From the NCBI GenBank assembly GCA_965195345.1, contig OZ239628.1, forward strand, positions 1,184,001 to 1,248,000: a stretch of DNA of 64,000 nt, read 5' to 3'. The notes beneath the pieces are model-generated. The model was not told the origin of the DNA and ran no database searches. It was given only the letters and a program-made list of their open reading frames with translations. A program made the translations under genes and the position numbers. Positions 44,301-52,927 of this stretch are shown piece after piece (position 1 is the stretch's first letter; each line of letters opens with the position of its first letter). The stretch is from an uncultured Thiomicrospira sp. GTDB taxonomy: Bacteria; Pseudomonadota; Gammaproteobacteria; CAKMZV01.

Positions 44301-44556
44301 CTTTGGCAATTCGGCTTTGGTCTAACTTGTTTTTAAGGCGTGTTTCTTGTGGTGTACCCGCAATCGTATGCAGTGAAGCGTCATCCCATTTGGATAGCAA
44401 TAAGCGCACGTCTGCGAGGCTTCCTAATTCTTTTTTAAGAGCTGAATAGCCATAGATAGAAAACATTCCAGAAAGCACAGCAAGTTTTGAAGAAGTGTCT
44501 AATGACTTCTTCAGCTCTGTTATAACTTTTCCGTGATTTTTGTTATCTAGTAACAT
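41362..44556 (-). CDS. SNF2-like SF2 helicase with N-terminal degenerate PLD-like domain
   Basis: ADSVGLGKT, DESHNFRN, SATP, SEGQNLQ, QRFGRVDR. Confidence 0.9.
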   Translation of the reverse strand: MLLDNKNHGKVITELKKSLDTSSKLAVLSGMFSIYGYSALKKELGSLADVRLLLSKWDDASLHTIAGTPQETRLKNKLDQSRIAKECAAWIKKNTQAKAMTRQMAFPPQNMFHISNADDNFVTQGASHFTAAGLGEVKSDSFEINMGISDAKTTKQLLQWFDTIWNDGKATQDIKDELMAHLEYLASDKPANQVYSITLYNIFKDYLEDIDEESIIRSKTGFKDTIVWNKLYKFQCDGVMGAIDKLEKYNGCIIADSVGLGKTFEALAVIKYYELRNDRVLVLAPKKLRENWSVYTINDKRNLLAADRFNYDVLNHTDLSRDRGKSGEINLETINWGNYDLLVIDESHNFRNSGTKLDGSTRYQRLMDQIIRSGVKTKVLMLSATPVNSRMNDLKNQVAFITEGRDTALADFGINSIEQTLKKAQTNFNKWLNLPEVQRNAEALLEKLNFDYFKLLDLMTIARSRKHIEKYYDVSEIGKFPERLKPRNIKPNIDTNDQFPPLRDVNMAIKRLNLAAYSPLEYVRMDKKDEYSRKYDQEVQDGKSVFRQIDREQNIIQLMRVNLLKRMESSIKSFALTVDKVHGKISGLLVQIDAHESNEIEELSIEDIETDDPALEDYLIGNKIKVLVQDMDLVRWKQDLKEDLALLKDLLVDAVTVDPTRDAKLLKLKEVIKTKVRNPFNPNNKKIVIFTAFSDTAEYLYDHISPWASGELGLHSALVTGQTKKCTIKGINKDLNNLLTHFSPISKELDKVDPEATTEIDILIATDCISEGQNLQDCDTLVNYDIHWNPVRIIQRFGRVDRLGSQNSTILLVNFWPNMELDEYINLEARVSGRMVLLDISASGEENVIEYDNDKQMNDLDYRRKQMKQLQTSVIDLEDMDGSVSITDMTLNDFRMDLSGYMKDNLSQLEKSPSGFYAAIQNSNGEFVAGTIFCLKDIHDKVESDANYALAPYYIVYVAENGDIVFNHLQGKKILDIFKKLCATNKTLDYKSIEALNAQTKNGKDMGAYQYMLECAMQSIVGKTEEKGVESLFARGGTVLTQEHFSSIEDFEVISYLIIKEAVA

Positions 44557-44559
44557 GCT

Positions 44560-44749
44560 TAATTAGCAACTTGTCCTTCGGATTTATTGTTTTTTTCCAT
44601 TCGTCAATTTTTGATTTACGAAAACGCCAAGAACTATCTAGGTTGAAATTCGGTAGTTTGCCCTTAGCAATAAAACGACAGCTGTTTTTTCTACTATTTT
44701 AAAGATAGAATGCAAGCTCTTTAACAGTCAAAATTACATCATCATTCAT
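44560..44749 (-). pseudogene. Excisionase-like HTH (HTH_17) DNA-binding protein pseudogene
   Basis: Manual translation MNDDVILTVKELAFYL*...CRFIAKGKLPNFNLDSSWRFRKSKIDEW; in-frame TAA at 44701-44699 explained by a +1/-1 frameshift pair (shifted frame reads KIVEKTA). Confidence 0.85.
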
Positions 44750-45299
44750 GTTGATAATTATAGTCTTTTAAGGTTTATCGTTGAAAATAAAACCATGATT
44801 TCATTCGTAATCGCATTTCTCTGTAAATTCCCTGTATTTTGGCTTTGAGTAGGGAATATATTTGGAAAATTGAGACTATTTATCCTAATATCGAACATCA
44901 CACCGTCTATGGTTCAATAAGCATTATCAATTACTTAAGCAATTGCATGAAGGCTCACGACTGGGCTGTGTTTTTGAGGTTTCACTAGAGATTATCAGCT
45001 CAGAAAAAGACAAGTTTTTAAACGCTTTTTTTGCCAGTGCTGCATTTGTTCATTTGCCCTCGCTGAGATTTGATTTCAATCGAATCGTCTGACGGTAGAA
45101 ATCTTGTCAAGACGGAACACCCTTCTCTCCCTCTCATTTTGGTTAGCTTCTGTGAAGTAAATAGGGTTAATATTTCAAAATATAATGGCAAGACAAGCAA
45201 AACATACAATAAATATCGTATTTTTCAGGAACATGCATTTGTTAACTACTCTTATGTCTCTATCAATCAATGACTTTAACAAAAATCATTCCAAATATC

Positions 45300-48200
45300 C
45301 TAATACAAATATACCGCACCAGAGTTAGAAGCACTATTATTGGTTTGAACTCCGTTGATACCCACTGCATTGCTATCTTCCAATGAAGCACCAACGGCTA
45401 ATGCATTACCATCTCCACTGACTGATACTGCCGCGCCAAATCGATCATCCGCATCAGTATTAGAAGCTTTGACGTAGGCTTGTTGCGACCATGTGCCTGT
45501 GGCACTGCGTACAAAAAAATAAGCAGCACCAGCGCTAGAGGCACTATTATTGATTTGATTCATGTTGATGCCCACCGCATTGCTATCCTCCAATGTAGCA
45601 CCAACGATTAATGTATTACCATCTCCACTGACTGAGACTGCTTCGCCAAAGCCATCACCCGTACCGGTATTAGAGGCTTTGACGTAAGCTTGTTGCGACC
45701 ATGTGCCCGTGGCACTACGCACAAAAACATAAGCAGCACCAGCGTTAGTAGCACTATTATTGATTTGATCTTCGTTGATGCCCATTGCATTGCCATCTTC
45801 CAATGGAGCACCAACGACTAATGTATTACCATCTCCACTGACTGAGACTGCTTCGCCAAATGTATCACCTGTATCAGTATTAGAGGCTTTGATGTAGGCT
45901 TGTTGCGACCATGCGCCCGCGGCACTGCGCACAAAAACATAAGCTGCACCAGCGTCAGTAGCACTATTATTGATTCGATTTCCGTTGATGCCGGTGGCAG
46001 CGCTGTCTTCCCCAATTGCACCAACAATTAGGTTATTGCCGTCACCGCTTATTGCTACAGCGCCACCGAATCGATCTCCAAGTCCCACAGAAGAAGGTTT
46101 GATATAAGCTTGTTGGCTCCATGTACCTGTACTACTGCGTACAAAAACATAAACAGCACCAGCGCTAAAAGCAGTATTATCGGTTTGATTTCCGTTAATG
46201 CCCGCCGCATTGCTATCTTCCAATTCAGCACCAACGACTAATGTATTACCATCTCCGCTGATTGATACTGCTGCGCCAAATCGATCACTCGCATCAGTAT
46301 TAGAGGCTTTGATGTAGGCTTGTTGCGACCATGTGCCCGTGCCACTGCGCACAAAAACATAAACAGCACCAGCGTCAAAATCACTATTATTGGTTTGATC
46401 TCCGTTGATGCCCACTGCATTGCTATCTTCTCGCTGAGCACCAACGACTAATGTATTACCATCTCCACTGACTGAGACTGCTCCGCCAAATTCATCAAAC
46501 ACATTAGCATTAGAGGCTTTGATGTAGGCTTGTTGCGACCATGTGCCCGTGCCACTGCGCACAAAAACATAAGCAGCACCAGCGTCAGTAGCGCTATTAT
46601 TGGTTTGATCTCCGTTGATGCCCATCGCATTGCTATTTTCCAATCGAGCACCGACGACGAATGTGTTGCCATCACTACTAATAGATACAGCACCAGCAAA
46701 CTGATCGCCTAAATCTGTGTTGGATGCCTTGAAATAACCAATCAATCCATTTAGTTGAGTGTTACTCAGTGTTCGTTGGGGTGCAGCATCTGAGCAGAGT
46801 GAATTATCCGTGCTGGTACAAAGTTGTAACAAATACTGTGGACCATTAACGGTAGAAAGGTAATTCACTACATTTACCGCTGCAGTTGTGGTCGTATTGG
46901 TGATGTTTGTGCTATTTGGTGTAAATGCCAAACCGACTGTACTGGCATCAACAAAGCCTCCTCCAACGTTCAAATCCAAATTGGTGAGTAGGCGGTAATG
47001 ATCTGCTTGAGGCACTGCAGTCCAAGAAAATGATATCTGTTTAAGACCTAATGTTATATTGAGAAGATTTGAAACTCTGACTGTAGCCGTTGCAGAAGCG
47101 CTTAGCCCACCCTCATCAGTGACTGTAACCACTAAAGTAGTAGAACCAAGGGTATTAGCTGACGCAAGCGAGATAATATTGCCTTGTATGCTTATTTGTA
47201 ATAACGAAGTGAGCTGTACTGAATAGGTCAGTGATGTTGAATCTATATCGACACCAAAGGCTGTAAGTGTTCCCGACGTGTTAGGGTCTAAAGTAAAGTT
47301 TGTACTCGATAGACTTAATGTTGGCGTATCATTGATAGCGTTGATAGTAACGACCACTTGGGCAGTGGAAGATAGGTTATCACTATCGGTGGCATTGACA
47401 GTGAGTGTGCTTATTCCGTTGGCGTCAGCAATGGACGTGAGGGTGATTTGATTAGTGGTAACATCGACGGTTAAAAGGCTGGTATCTTGCCCTGATACAG
47501 TGACTAATAATGTTCCATCTTCTACATCGGTAGCCGTAGTATTAAAGGAAAAGGTTGAAAAGTCTTCATTGAGTGTAATATTAGTCGTTGATAGTGCTAA
47601 TGTTGGCGTATCGTTGATGGGATTGATAGTAACGACCACTTCGGTAGAGGCGGATAAATTATTACTATCGGTAACATTGACGGTGAATGTGCTTATTCCA
47701 CTGGCGTTAGCAATGGACGTGAGGGTGATTTGATTAGTGCTAACATCGACGGTTAAAAGGCTGGTATCTTGCCCTGATACAGTGACCAATAACGCACCCT
47801 CTTCTACATCGGTAGCCGACGTGTTGATGGTAAAGGTTGAAAAGTCTTCATTGAGTGTAATATTAGTCGTTGATAGTGCTAATGTTGGCGTATCGTTGAT
47901 GGGATTGATAGTGACAACCACTTCGGTAGAGGCAGATAGATTACCACTATCGGTAACATTGACGGTGAGTGTGCTTATCCCGCTGGCGTTGGCAATGGAC
48001 GTAAGGGTGATTTGATTAGTGGTAACATCGACGGTTAAAAGAGTGGTGTCTTGCCCTGATACAGTGACCAATAACGCACCCTCTTCTACATCGGTAGCCG
48101 ACGTGTTGATGGTAAAGGTTGAAAAGTCTTCATTGAGTGTAAGGTTAGTTGTTGATAGTGTTAATACCGGCGTGTCATTGATGGGATTGATAGTAACGAC

Positions 48201-48875
48201 CACTTCGGTAGAGGCAGATAGGTTATCACTATCGGTAACATTGACGGTGAGCGTGCTTATTCCACTGGCGTTAGCAATGGACGTGAGAGTGATTTGATTA
48301 GTGGTAACATCGACGGTCAAAAGAGTGGTATCTTGCCCTGATACAGTGACTAATAGCGCACCCTCTTCTACATCGGTAGCCGACGTGTTGATGGTAAAGG
48401 TTGAAAAGTCTTCATCGAGTGTAAGGTTAGTCGTTGATAGTGTTAATACCGGGGTGTCATTGATGGGATTGATAGTAACGACCACTTCGGCAGTGGCAGA
48501 TAGGTTATCACTATCGGTAAAATTGACGGTGAGTGTGCTTATTCCGTTGGCGTTGGCAATGGACGTGAGGACGATTTGGTTAGTAGTAACATCAACGGTT
48601 AAAAGAGTGGTATCTTGCCCTGATATAGTGACTAATAATGCCCCCTCTTCTAGATCGGCAGCCGTAGTGTTGAAAGTAGTAGCCGTAGTATTGAAAGGAA
48701 AGGTTGAAAAATCCTCATTGAGTGTTACACTAATGGTAGGTAAACTTAAGATGAGTGATGGACTATTATCGGACGCGGGGGGGGCTGTTTCACCACCACC
48801 ACCACAAGCAGATAAAAAAATAAGCATCAATGCAAAAAACCAATACTTTATACGATATATATTTTGCACTACCAT
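45300..48875 (-). CDS. Large surface lipoprotein/adhesin copy 1: 5+1 Ig/cadherin-like repeats plus 7 FG-GAP repeats
   Basis: Lipobox LSAC-GGGG; 94-aa repeats ending PIND/AIND; 70-aa KASN..D.FG..GA.YVF repeats. Confidence 0.9.
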   Translation of the reverse strand: MVVQNIYRIKYWFFALMLIFLSACGGGGETAPPASDNSPSLILSLPTISVTLNEDFSTFPFNTTATTFNTTAADLEEGALLVTISGQDTTLLTVDVTTNQIVLTSIANANGISTLTVNFTDSDNLSATAEVVVTINPINDTPVLTLSTTNLTLDEDFSTFTINTSATDVEEGALLVTVSGQDTTLLTVDVTTNQITLTSIANASGISTLTVNVTDSDNLSASTEVVVTINPINDTPVLTLSTTNLTLNEDFSTFTINTSATDVEEGALLVTVSGQDTTLLTVDVTTNQITLTSIANASGISTLTVNVTDSGNLSASTEVVVTINPINDTPTLALSTTNITLNEDFSTFTINTSATDVEEGALLVTVSGQDTSLLTVDVSTNQITLTSIANASGISTFTVNVTDSNNLSASTEVVVTINPINDTPTLALSTTNITLNEDFSTFSFNTTATDVEDGTLLVTVSGQDTSLLTVDVTTNQITLTSIADANGISTLTVNATDSDNLSSTAQVVVTINAINDTPTLSLSSTNFTLDPNTSGTLTAFGVDIDSTSLTYSVQLTSLLQISIQGNIISLASANTLGSTTLVVTVTDEGGLSASATATVRVSNLLNITLGLKQISFSWTAVPQADHYRLLTNLDLNVGGGFVDASTVGLAFTPNSTNITNTTTTAAVNVVNYLSTVNGPQYLLQLCTSTDNSLCSDAAPQRTLSNTQLNGLIGYFKASNTDLGDQFAGAVSISSDGNTFVVGARLENSNAMGINGDQTNNSATDAGAAYVFVRSGTGTWSQQAYIKASNANVFDEFGGAVSVSGDGNTLVVGAQREDSNAVGINGDQTNNSDFDAGAVYVFVRSGTGTWSQQAYIKASNTDASDRFGAAVSISGDGNTLVVGAELEDSNAAGINGNQTDNTAFSAGAVYVFVRSSTGTWSQQAYIKPSSVGLGDRFGGAVAISGDGNNLIVGAIGEDSAATGINGNRINNSATDAGAAYVFVRSAAGAWSQQAYIKASNTDTGDTFGEAVSVSGDGNTLVVGAPLEDGNAMGINEDQINNSATNAGAAYVFVRSATGTWSQQAYVKASNTGTGDGFGEAVSVSGDGNTLIVGATLEDSNAVGINMNQINNSASSAGAAYFFVRSATGTWSQQAYVKASNTDADDRFGAAVSVSGDGNALAVGASLEDSNAVGINGVQTNNSASNSGAVYLY
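45303..46740 (-). repeat. 7 x 210-bp FG-GAP blade repeats (copy 1)
   Basis: Near-identical DNA blocks at 210-nt period. Confidence 0.93.
47330..48760 (-). repeat. 5 x 282-bp Ig/cadherin-like repeats (copy 1)
   Basis: 282-nt period, also visible in antisense ORFs at 47455/47737/48019/48301. Confidence 0.93.
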
Positions 48876-49256
48876 TTTTCCAGTTTTATTATAAATGTTA
48901 TTTAATTAATGACTTTTTAATCTGAATTAAACATCACATTAAAAAACGTTTCCATGACATTCCACATAGATGCAATAATCAACTAAGGTACGTATTCTAC
49001 CTTTGTAATAAAAAAAAGTTTTACATCTGGCAAAGTATTCTTATTAAGATAATCGACAGTTCCATATTTCAGAGCAATCTTATTCATTTACTGTAATTTA
49101 TCTCTATGGTGGAAAAAAATCCTCCTTAAATAGATTGATTTCTACAAAAAAATGATTATTTTTCTCTATGCCTTAATAAAACCCGTTATATTCAAAATCA
49201 CGTTAGATATGTTATTCCGATCAATCAATGATTTTGACAAAATCATTGCAAACATC
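48876..49256. repeat. Duplicated intergenic spacer, copy A
   Basis: Long colinear similarity to 52539-52927 (e.g. agtattcttattaagataatcgacag; cttaataaaacccgttatattcaaaatcac). Confidence 0.92.
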
Positions 49257-52200
49257 CTAATACAAATATACTGCACCAGTGTTAGAAACACTATCATTGG
49301 TTTGATCTCCGTCAATACCCACTGCATTGCTATCTTCCAATTCAGCACCAACGGCTAGTGTATTACCATCTCCGCTGACTGATACTGCTGCGCCAAATAT
49401 ATCATTCGCATCAGTATTAGAGGCTTTGACGTAGGCTTGTTGCGACCATGTGCCCGTGGCACTGCGTACAAAAACATAGACAGCACCAGCATCAAGAGCA
49501 CTATTATTGGTTTGATCTCCGTTAATGCTCACCGCATTGCTATCTTCGGACTGAGCACCAACAACTAATGTATTACCATCTCCACTGACTGATACTGCTT
49601 CGCCAAAGCCATCACCCGCACCGGTATTAGAGGCTTTGACGTAGGCTTGTTGCGACCATGTTCCCGTGGCACTGCGCACAAAAACATAAACAGCACCAGC
49701 GTTACGAGCATTATTATTACTTTGCTCTGCATTGATGCCCACTGCATTACTATCCTCGGATTGAGCACCAACAACTAATGTATGACCATCTCCACTGACT
49801 GAGATGACCTCGCCAAATAGATCACCCGCGCCAGTGTTAGAGGCTTTGATATAGGCTTGTTGCGACCATGTGCCCGTGGCACTGCGCACAAAAACATAAA
49901 CAGCACCAGCGTCAAAAGCACTATTATTAGTTTGATCTCCGTTGGTGCCCACTGCACTGCTATCTTCCAATGGAGCACCAACGACTAATGTATTACCATC
50001 TCCACTGACTGATACTGCCTCGCCAAATGTATCATCTGCATCAGTATTAGAGGCTTTGACGTAGGCTTGTTGGCTCCATGTACCAGTACTACTGCGCACA
50101 AAAACATAAGCAGCACCAGAGTTAGAAGTACTATTATTGGTTTGATCTCCGTTAATGCCCACTGCACTGCTATCTTCGGGTTGAGCACCAACGACTAATG
50201 TATTACCATCTCCACTGACTGATACTGCTTCGCCAAATGCATCATTCGTATCAGTATTAGAGGCTTTGATGTAGGCTTGTTGCGACCATGTGCCCGTGCC
50301 ACTGCGCACAAAAACATAAACAGCACCAGAGTTACGAGCATTATTATTGCTTTGCTCTCCGTTGATGCCCACTGCATTGCTATCTTCATTTTGAGCACCA
50401 ACGACTAATGTATTACCATTTCCACTGACTGATACTGCTGAACCAAATACATCAACCACACCAGTATTAGAGGCTTTGATGTAGGCTTGCTGCGACCATG
50501 TGCCCGTCGCACTGCGCACAAAAACATAAACAGCACCAGCAGCAATAGCATTATTATTAGTTTGATCTCCGTTGATGCCCACCGCATTGCTATCCTCCAA
50601 TAGAGCACTAACGACTAATGTGTTGCCATCACTACTAATCGATACGGAGTCACCGAATATGTCACTCGAATCTGGGTTGGAAGCTTTGAAATAACCAATC
50701 AATCTGTTTAGTTGAGTGTTACTCAATGTTCGTTGGGGTGCAGCATTAGAGCAGAGTGAATTATCCGTGCTGGTACAAAGTTGCAACAAATACTGTGGTC
50801 CATTAACACTAGAAAGGTAATTCACTACATTTACCGCTGCAGTTGTGGTTATATTGGTGATGTTTGTGCTATTTAGTGTAAATGTCAAACCGGCTGTACT
50901 GGCGTCAACAAAGCCTCCTCCAGCGTTCAAATCCAAATTGGTGAGTAGGCGGTAATGATTTGCTTGAGGCACTGCATTCCAAGAAAATGACATCTGTTTA
51001 AGACCTAATGTTATATTGAGAAGATTTGCAGAAATGCTGACTGTAGCCACTGCAGAAGCGCTTAGCCCTCCCTCATCAGTAACTGTAACCACTAAAGTAG
51101 TAGAGCCAAGAGTACTAGCTGCTGCAAACAAGATGACATTGCCTTGTATGCTTATTTGTAATATCGAAGTGCTTTGCTGTACTGAATAGGTCAGTGATGT
51201 TGAATCTATATCGACACCGAAGGCCGTAAGTGCTCCCGAAGTGTTAGGATCTAAAATAAAGTTTGTATTAGATAGACTTAGTGTTGGGGTGTCATTGATG
51301 GCGTTGATAATAACGACCACTTCGGTAGTGGCAGATAGGTTATCACTATCGGTAACATTGACGGTGAGCGTGCTTATTCCGTTGGCGTTGGCAATGGACG
51401 TAAGGGTGATTTGATTAGTGGTAACATCGACGGTTAAAAGAGTGGTATCTTGTCCTGATATAGTGACTAATAATGCCCCCTCTTCTACATCGGTAGCCGG
51501 CGTGTTAAAGGAAAAGGTTACAAAATCTTCATTGAGTGTAAGATTAGTCGTTGATAGTGTTAATGTTGGTGTATCGTTGATGGCGTTGATAGTAACGACC
51601 ACTTCGGTAGAGGCAGATAGGTTATCACTATCGGTAACATTGACGGTGAGCGTGCTTATTCCGTTGGCGTTGGCAATGGACGTAAGGGTAATTTGATTAG
51701 TAGTAATATCGACGGTTAAAAGAGCGGTATCTTGCCCTGATACAGTGACTAATAATGTTCCATCTTCTACATCGGTAGCCGACGTGTTGATGGTAAAGGT
51801 TGAAAAGTCTTCATTGAGTGTAATATTAGTCGTTGATAGTGCTAATGTCGGCGTATCGTTGATAGCATTGATAGTAACGACCACTTCGGTAGAGGCAGAC
51901 AGGTTATCACTATCGGTAACATTGACGGTGAGCGTGCTTATTCCGTTAGCGTTAGCAATGGATGTGAGGGTGATTTGATTAGTAGTAACATCGACGGTTA
52001 AAAGAGTGGCATCTTGCCCTGATACTGTGGCTAATAATACCCCATCTTCTACATCGGTAGCCGACGTGTTGAAGGAAAAGGTTGAAAAGTCTTCATTGAG
52101 TGTTAGGTTAGTCGTTGATAGTGTCAATACTGGCGTATCATTGATGGGATTGATAGTGACTACCACTTCGGTAGTGGCAGATAGGTTATCACTGTCGGTA

Positions 52201-52538
52201 ACATTGACGGTGAGCGTGCTTATTCCATTGGCGTTAGCAATGGATGTGAGGGTGATTTGATTAGTGGTAACATCGACGGTTAAAAGAGCGGCATCTTGCC
52301 CTGAGATAGTGACTAATAGTACCCCATCTTCTATATCGGTAGCCGTAGTATTAAAGGAAAAGGTTGAAAAGTCTTCATCGAGTGTTACACTATTGGTAGG
52401 TAGACTTAAGCTGAGTGATGGATTATTATTGGACGCGGGAGGGGCTGTTTCACCACCACCACCACTACAAGCAGATAAAAAAACAAGCATCAATGCAAAA
52501 AACCAATACTTCATACGATATATATTTTGCACTAACAT
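49257..52538 (-). CDS. Large surface lipoprotein/adhesin copy 2: 4+1 Ig/cadherin-like repeats plus 7 FG-GAP repeats
   Basis: Paralogue of 45300-48875, one 94-aa repeat shorter; lipobox LSAC. Confidence 0.9.
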   Translation of the reverse strand: MLVQNIYRMKYWFFALMLVFLSACSGGGGETAPPASNNNPSLSLSLPTNSVTLDEDFSTFSFNTTATDIEDGVLLVTISGQDAALLTVDVTTNQITLTSIANANGISTLTVNVTDSDNLSATTEVVVTINPINDTPVLTLSTTNLTLNEDFSTFSFNTSATDVEDGVLLATVSGQDATLLTVDVTTNQITLTSIANANGISTLTVNVTDSDNLSASTEVVVTINAINDTPTLALSTTNITLNEDFSTFTINTSATDVEDGTLLVTVSGQDTALLTVDITTNQITLTSIANANGISTLTVNVTDSDNLSASTEVVVTINAINDTPTLTLSTTNLTLNEDFVTFSFNTPATDVEEGALLVTISGQDTTLLTVDVTTNQITLTSIANANGISTLTVNVTDSDNLSATTEVVVIINAINDTPTLSLSNTNFILDPNTSGALTAFGVDIDSTSLTYSVQQSTSILQISIQGNVILFAAASTLGSTTLVVTVTDEGGLSASAVATVSISANLLNITLGLKQMSFSWNAVPQANHYRLLTNLDLNAGGGFVDASTAGLTFTLNSTNITNITTTAAVNVVNYLSSVNGPQYLLQLCTSTDNSLCSNAAPQRTLSNTQLNRLIGYFKASNPDSSDIFGDSVSISSDGNTLVVSALLEDSNAVGINGDQTNNNAIAAGAVYVFVRSATGTWSQQAYIKASNTGVVDVFGSAVSVSGNGNTLVVGAQNEDSNAVGINGEQSNNNARNSGAVYVFVRSGTGTWSQQAYIKASNTDTNDAFGEAVSVSGDGNTLVVGAQPEDSSAVGINGDQTNNSTSNSGAAYVFVRSSTGTWSQQAYVKASNTDADDTFGEAVSVSGDGNTLVVGAPLEDSSAVGTNGDQTNNSAFDAGAVYVFVRSATGTWSQQAYIKASNTGAGDLFGEVISVSGDGHTLVVGAQSEDSNAVGINAEQSNNNARNAGAVYVFVRSATGTWSQQAYVKASNTGAGDGFGEAVSVSGDGNTLVVGAQSEDSNAVSINGDQTNNSALDAGAVYVFVRSATGTWSQQAYVKASNTDANDIFGAAVSVSGDGNTLAVGAELEDSNAVGIDGDQTNDSVSNTGAVYLY
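49260..50700 (-). repeat. 7 x 210-bp FG-GAP blade repeats (copy 2)
   Basis: 210-nt period. Confidence 0.93.
51295..52420 (-). repeat. 4 x 282-bp Ig/cadherin-like repeats (copy 2)
   Basis: 282-nt period. Confidence 0.92.
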
Positions 52539-52927
52539 TTTTTCAACCTTGCATAATCATTATTTAATTGGCAAATTTGAGTCTAAAAATTAAGCATCAT
52601 GTATCAAAAGACTTTTCTAATGCATCCTGCATAGATGCAATAAATAACCTAAGGTACTTATTGTACCTTTGTAATAAAAAAAGGGCTTTACATCTGGCAT
52701 AGTATTCTTATTAAGATAATCGACAGCTCCATATTTCAGAGAAATCTTATTCATTTCAGAGTAATTTATATCTATAGTAGGAAAACAATTCTCCTTAAAT
52801 AGATTGATTTTTACAAAAAAATGATTATTTTTCTTCTATGGCTTAATAAAACCCGTTATATTCAAAATCACTTTAGATATGTTATTTCGACCAATCAATG
52901 GTTGTTAACAAAATCATTGCAAACATC
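52539..52927. repeat. Duplicated intergenic spacer, copy B
   Basis: Similar to 48876-49256. Confidence 0.92.

Noticed and set aside
45018-45273. Two short overlapping ORFs as integrase remnants
   Set aside because: No recombinase motifs recognised
45303-52420. CRISPR array or non-coding tandem repeats
   Set aside because: Periods of 210 and 282 nt are in-frame protein repeats; no short repeat-spacer structure, no cas genes
45608-52593. Periodic 67-197 aa ORFs in alternative frames or antisense
   Set aside because: Shadows of the repeated adhesin codons
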